Below are positions 58,201-64,000 of a DNA stretch of 64,000 nucleotides, in pieces; the first letter of the stretch is position 1; every line of letters begins with the position of its first letter. The position numbers and the translations under genes were made by a program. The notes under the pieces are model-generated. The model searched no databases. It had not been told where the DNA came from and saw only the letters and a program-made list of their open reading frames with translations. Origin of the DNA: Blastocladiella emersonii ATCC 22665 (taxonomy: Eukaryota; Fungi; Blastocladiomycota); NCBI GenBank assembly GCA_025594325.1, contig JANHCV010000010.1, forward strand, positions 868,001 through 932,000, read 5' to 3'.

Positions 58201-58630
58201 GACCGAGATCGTGCGTCGGTTTCTCGGTCGCGAAGGCCGCGTCGGCTCACGCCGACGAGCGCCAACGAGCGCTGACGAGCGCCGACATTCATGATCTCGA
58301 CGCGCGTGCTGTTCGAGGCTCGAGCACGGCGGTCTACCTCATCGGCAACGGCAACGGCAGCACCACCAACAAGGGTATGTGCGCTCATGGCGCGCGGACA
58401 TTCAGAAGCCACCGACCGCCCACTCACTTGTGCGCCTGACTGTAGACGGATCGGCGGCACTCGACGACTCAACTCGCATCAGCATCAGCTCAATAGCCGC
58501 CGTCAGTCACACTCAACTCCAGCTGTCCGTCGTCGTTCGCGTCGTTGTCGGCTTACCATTCATCCGCGTCGGGTCGCCCATGAAGTTCAAGCTCGGGCCG
58601 GCGCGCGTCGGGTACCGGTCGCGAGTATGA
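55250..58630 (+). pseudogene. Array of decayed, intron-containing gene fragments (at least 3-4 partial copies)
   Basis: About 150-bp direct repeats at 57181-57329 and 57617-57765. A GTAC...CAACTCAC..CTGATCCGT.TAG intron-like unit recurs near 55262, 56631, 57060 and 57880, followed by MLENMILRAS/IYENIVIIRAS/ILEMI-type exon starts. Many stops and frameshifts. Confidence 0.5.
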
Positions 58631-58927
58631 GAAGCGTGTCTGACGACAAATACATTCACCTCGGTCCATCTGTGACCATCATTCTTGAAAATCACACTGC
58701 TCACCTGTTATCGAAAGCGTGAACGGGTCCGAGATCTGGTTGCATCCGCAACACAGACTTTGGGATTGTAAACTCTCGACCGTCAACAAAAGGGTCAGCG
58801 GTCCTCTCAAATGACGCGAGCGTGAACAGCGGCGACTCCATGATCTGACCTGCTTGGCCGCGAGCAGGATCAGTACATGAAAAACAATTTTATAATCAAC
58901 TGATATGTAAGCTGTGAGGGCTATCGC

Positions 58928-60030
58928 TCAAAGGAAATCCGGAAACTCTGCAAGAAGCTCGCCAAAGTCGTAGCCACGCACGATCAACATGCGAACTCGC
59001 TTGCGCCATCATTTGGCGAGCTTGCCGCTCTGCCCTTGATGGAGCAAGACCTGGCGGATCGGTTCAGAGCTTCAAGTTGTTGCTGACCCACCAATCCCAG
59101 CGCCTGAGGATCTCTGACTCGCGGCGGCCATTAGCGTCCATGTCATTCCAATCAACATCCGACCAGTTGCTTGGGCAAATGAATTGGTGACTTGGCAAGT
59201 TGTCGTGGCACCACGAAAGCGCTGCAATATTGTTGGATCGGCTCGCGCGCTCAATCATTTGTCCCCAGAAGGAGGGTTTGAGCTTGCGCGCCGCGCTTTT
59301 GTGCACTGAGTCGGGTTCGGAACCAGCATCAGAATCCGAGTCTGGCTGCGAGTCAGTGTCAGACTCGGACTTCGAGCCAAAGTTGGTAATCGGCATAGTT
59401 TCGGAGAACCAATCAAGAATCGCTGCGTGCTCGAGAGAGACGGCGAGCTCAAAGGCCGACCACCACTCGAGAACAGAAAAGTGTCCAGCCCGGACGGCAT
59501 CGTCGACTGCGCGCTCCGTGTAGCCCTCGATTTGCTCGTTTTCCACGAGCCAGTTGAGAACGTCGACGTGGCCGTGGGCGGACGCAACATCGGCGAGGTG
59601 CGGGCCGTCGAAGTCCTCGTCGTCGTACTCGTCCATGAAGTCGTTTGCAAGGAGCCAAGCGAGTACGTGAACGTGTCCGTTAGCGGCGGCAACTTCGGCG
59701 GGGTGCTGCGCGCCGTCGAAAAAGTTCCAGTCCCACTCGGAAACAAAGTCATCCAGCAGGTCGATCCGTCCCGCGGCGCACAAAAGTCGGAAACGGAAGT
59801 TGGCCTCGTCGCCGTTCTCCGTCGGACCGCGGTACTTGAGCAGTAGTGCTCGAAGGTCATCGTGGCCGGGGTCCAGGGCGCGCTGGATGCATTCGTGAAG
59901 CGAATGGCTCAAGGCAACCAGGCGAAGCCGCTTGAGGCCCGGAAGCACGTGGAGCAGCGGGAGCGGGTCGGCACCGCGGGGGTCGAGCAGTACGGCTTGG
60001 CAGAAAATCTCCTCGGCGAGCTCATATGAG
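58928..60030 (-). pseudogene. F-box-like + ankyrin-like copy 5, a recent duplicate of copy 4, decayed
   Basis: 59490-60000 is nearly identical to 46520-47030. The ATG region is deleted, there is an in-frame internal deletion (VLEWW joined to SAFELAVSL), and a frameshift plus TGG>TGA precede the conserved AEFPDFL* end. Confidence 0.85.
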
Positions 60031-60716
60031 CCAACCGCGATCAAAGGCGGCGAGGCGAAACGGCCGTCTTTGGCGCCCACTCGGATCACATGATTGATCG
60101 TCACGTCTCAACGCTTTCCTGTCTCCTCCTTTTGATCTTATCTCACTTTTGCGCCCCTCCTGTTTGACCAATATCACATATTGCGGTGTTCTCTGGGGCT
60201 AGAAATACTCGTTGCGCTGAGGATGGGGTCACTTCTCAACGACGTTGCTTCAAACTCCCGTGCTTGCGAGCGGAGACTCGCTTGCTGGTAGGAATGAAAA
60301 GGGGAGCTGTATAAGCCAGCACTTACATCCACTTTGAGCCATGGGGACGCGTTACGCGTTAGTAACGGGGTCACGCTGCGCCGGACTGGGACGCGCGAAC
60401 ACGCGTTTGTCTCACGCGGGCTGCGAGACGGGCCAAAATACGTCAGGGCCGGACTCATGCCGCGTTTCTGGATTTCTCATGCCCCCCCCCCCCCCCCGAA
60501 CGTGGACACCTCACAGTCATGGGAGCACGCCTGTTGGTTGCGCGCGCCGTCGTTGTTTCGCGCGTTGACCAGGCGGCGTGACACCCGGCTGGCAAGCGGT
60601 GATCTGGACCGGGTGCGTTCGCATGCCGCGCTCCTTGTCACCCAAGTGGTGAATGTGAAATCCTATGCCACTTCGATCGTCACGCGCCATATGTTCTCAA
60701 GGTAATCCATGACACC

Positions 60717-63435
60717 ATGAAGCAATGTATCTCCTGCACTTTATGCATCGTCGCCGTGGCCCTCTCGCTGATATCTGTGGCCAACTGCGCCGCGATCGCA
60801 GACAGACCGATCCGCATGCTGTTCTGGGCATGGGGCGGCGAGACGGCGCTGTTCCAGGCCCACTTTGACGAATGGACCAACACCTCGGGGATCAAAGTGC
60901 AGGTCGACGTGCCACGCGTGTCTGGCGGAGCGACCGCGGATGAGTACTTTGGCATGCTCAAGGCCATGGAGGACCAGAGAATCGCGTATTACGATATCGT
61001 AGTCCTCGACGTGACCTGGCCTGCGCTGCTTACCACTCTACTCTTGCCGCTTGACGGTCTGGTCGACGCGAGTTCCATAGCGGTTCATGATCAGAGCTTC
61101 GTCAACGAGGCGCGGGTCGGCGGCAAGCTTTACGCGCTCCCGTACACGACCACCATGTCGCTGCTCTACTACCGCGCCGACATTCTCGCCGACTATGGTT
61201 ACACTTCAGCGCCGCAAACGGTACGTTCCGTTAGTGAGACAGACGAGCGAGAAATTGGCAGCCAACACGAGTCTACCGTATAGTGGGACGAGATGGAGGG
61301 CATGCTCGAGCGCATTTTGCCCAGCGAGCAGACCAAGCGACCGGGCTTCCACGGATACGTTGGCCAGCTCAAGGCGTTCGAGGGTCTCACGTGTAACGCC
61401 ATGGAGCTGCTTGGCAGCTACGGCGCGGGCACCGTCGTGGAGCCCGACGGCTCCATCTCCACCGCCAACTCGACGCGGCGGGACGCGGCCGTGGCCGCCA
61501 TGACGCGGTTCCGCAGCTGGGTCACGCGCGGGTTCATCCAACCGTCGGTGCTGACCATGGACGAGGTGCCTGCTTACAATGCTTGGTTTTCGGGAAATGC
61601 GCTGTTTATGCGGAACTGGTTCTACGGTAACTTTCCCGTTGACTTTACATCGGGGATCGCACCATTACCCGGTAACACGCCCGACCTCGCCGGCTTTACG
61701 ACCAACGCCGCGAGCTACTTTGGGATCAACCGGTTCACGGCCGACCCGATCCGCACGGCAAAAGTGCTTGAGTTCATCACGGGCACAGAGTCGCAGCGCA
61801 AGTGGGCCGCTGAGCTCAGCTTCATTCCGACTATCAAGAGCGTGATTCAAGGTGCGTGCTTTGTCGCGTATCACTTCACGATCGCTGACATTACCGACGT
61901 GTGTAGACGAGTCGATCTGCACCATGCTCGGCAGCTGCAACGTCAGCGGCAAGTTGCGGATGGTTTCCCGCCCCGCTCTTGCAACGGGCTCGTCGTACCC
62001 TGCCGTGTCCGAGGCCATCATCAACGGATGGAGGCAGGCCTTCAGCGGATACCTCACACCTGCGGCCGCTGTGACGCGGCTGACCCGCCGGCTCGCGGCC
62101 ATTCTGTCCATCGACATTCTCGGACCTCCTGTCGTGGTTCAGTGGACGGACTTTTCCGGGATCGTGACCATCATTGCGTTCGTTATCGCCGAGGTTGTGG
62201 TTGTCGCGTCCACGGTGGCGCTTGTCCGCCACAAGCGCTCGGCGCTCGCGCGTCGCGTCTCGTTCCGCTTGCTTCTCTCAATGCTTGGCGGGCTTGCCGT
62301 GACGGCGGTGTGGCCGCTGCTCTTCATCGGCCAGCGCACCGGGCTTCAATGTTTCTTGCAGATCGCCATCCTCGCTTGCGCTTGGGCCGTGATTCTCGCA
62401 TGCATGGCTGTCCAGGACTTGCGCGTCTATCTCATTGTTTCGAGCCCGCTGCGTCGCGTCGCCAGTGACGTGACTCGAGTCCTGCGCGCATTCATCATCG
62501 TCGTCATCTTGCTCCAGTGTCTCGGGCTGCTCATGTGGGGGCTCGTCAGCCCGCCGTCGGCGGCCATGTACGTCGTGGCTGACGAGTGGGAGTACCTTGC
62601 GTGCTCGGAAGGCACAACACCCGAGCTTCTCGCGATCCCAGCCTCGGTTGTTGCTGCTCTCGTCGCACTAAACATGTGGCTCGCGTATCGCTCCAAGGCC
62701 AGCGAGGTCGTCATGACCAAGCGACAGTCGCCGACGCTTCAGATTCTCTACGCGATTTGTCTCATCACGGTCATCCAGGTACATCTCTCGAGTATGACCG
62801 GCCACTCGCTCCCACGGTTGCTGACGTTAACGCGTGTGTAGGGTATTTCCCTCAAGATCCCCCAACTCACACCTTCGGCTTGCTCTCTCATCTTCGCCAT
62901 CACCACACTTGTCCTCGTCGCGACCGTGTGCAAGGTTTACATTCTCCACCAGCTGGAGCCGGACTCGGAGGATACTACAAGCCCGTGGCTGGGCATGACG
63001 CGCGCGGGCACCGAATCCTCATTCGGCACTAACGTGGCCTCAACTCCGTCGAGTATCCATGCACCAGGCTCCATGCACCGCGACTTGTCACCAACGAGCG
63101 ACTGCACGCCCTGCTTTTCGATCGCCACAGCCGACTTGGCGCTGCGCACCGCCGCGTCGTCGTTTTTCGTGGAGCTGACGCCCTGTGTACCGTGTCAGCT
63201 GCAGTTGTTCACTCGTCAGGCAGTGCTGATCGCGACCGAGGTCTCGGGCCGCCGGCGTTACCGCGTGGCCATCGCCTTGCGCACGCTCGCTGCGGTGGAG
63301 TTTGCATCCGCGTCACAGACTTGCTTGCGCCTCCAGTTGCGCGGCCGTGTCGTTGACGTGGTCGGACCCACGGCGACGCTCGCGCAATGGAAACAGGCGT
63401 TGAGCGAGTTTGTTCGCGAGGAACCGGGGCATTGA
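60717..63435 (+). CDS. Receptor: signal peptide + sugar-binding SBP family 1 (type II) domain + class C-like 7TM + PH-like C-terminal domain
   Basis: Introns 61221-61283, 61852-61906 and 62779-62841 give one open frame. YDIVVLDVTWP, GKLYALPY....LLYYRADIL..YGY..APQTWDEM, YVGQLKAFEGLTCN and GNALFMRNW. TM2-3 LLFIGQRTGLQCFLQ...DLRVYLIVSSP; ECL2 WEYLAC. Confidence 0.85.
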
Positions 63436-63833
63436 TCCCCGTGACGTCGGAGAAAATATAGCATTTATTTCCTCATGTCCGCCATGTTTTGCGCGACCTG
63501 GGTGATGGAAACACCACTATTAGTCTCGTGAACGCGCAACGAATGGTGGTTTGCCGCTCATGGAGTACGTTTAAGCGGTACGTGCAGGTGAACGACGCGA
63601 TTTCCGCCAAAGTACAACGCGTCGCTCGTCTTGCGGTGCCACCACGCAAGGCAGCATCGTGATCAAGACCGGAACGAGCGAATACTGCTGCCACGGGGCT
63701 AGGCACGCAGCAAAGCACCGAACTGCATTTCCAGCGTAAGAGCTCCTTTCACCGTGATCGCAGCTGTTCCCACGAACTAAGCGTATGAGTAGTCAAAACA
63801 GAATTGTATCAACAGCATCACTAGAGACACTCG

Positions 63834-64000
63834 CTACGCGTCATCGCTCAACGAATAGAACGAAGCCTCCGGAATCAGACTTTGGATGAACTCCAACTTG
63901 CGACCGCGGTAACACTTGATTTGCACGTATTCGCGAAACCAGGCGATAACTTGCGCGTCGCCACGCTTGATCAGCCTCTTGAAGATTTTCTCTTGAGTAC
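63834..64000 (-). CDS. 3' end of a gene truncated by the window edge, possibly another ankyrin-like family member
   Basis: TQEKIFKRLIKRGDAQVIAWFREYVQIKCYRGRKLEFIQSLIPEASFYSLSDDA*; lower GC, like the ankyrin-like genes. Confidence 0.4.
   Translation of the reverse strand, partial: TQEKIFKRLIKRGDAQVIAWFREYVQIKCYRGRKLEFIQSLIPEASFYSLSDDA

Noticed and set aside
60482-60497. Poly-C run of 16 upstream of the sugar-binding receptor
   Set aside because: A simple homopolymer with no evidence of function.
1-64000. rRNA, tRNA or transposase/reverse-transcriptase coding sequence
   Set aside because: None recognised by eye; tRNAscan-SE, Infernal and a TE protein search would be needed to exclude them.

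Overview
Eukaryotic, very GC-rich, gene-dense DNA with short GT-AG introns (about 54-90 nt; GTACG/GTAAG/GTGCG donors, CTGAC/CTAAC branch sites). Sec61-alpha, RAD21, RAD50, a PP2C/PDH phosphatase and a Vps39/TGFBRAP1-like gene sit beside the flagellar/ciliary genes CYB5D1 and TMEM17. This points to a zoosporic fungus, most like Blastocladiomycota; that assignment is inference. Core genes alternate with accessory islands of visibly lower GC. The islands hold (i) receptor genes fusing a bacterial ABC-type (type II) solute-binding domain to a class C (7tm_3-like) 7TM and a C-terminal PH-like domain: two intact genes with different ligand-binding clades plus one pseudogene; (ii) an intronless F-box-like/ankyrin-like family in several stages of decay; (iii) a 472-bp TG...CA solo-LTR-like insertion with a 4-bp TSD, whose empty site is visible in a paralogue; and (iv) a decayed, intron-containing repeat array with an inverted copy about 8 kb away. 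I saw no rRNA, tRNA, CRISPR array, transposase or viral hallmark gene. All domain calls come from motif recognition by eye, not database searches.
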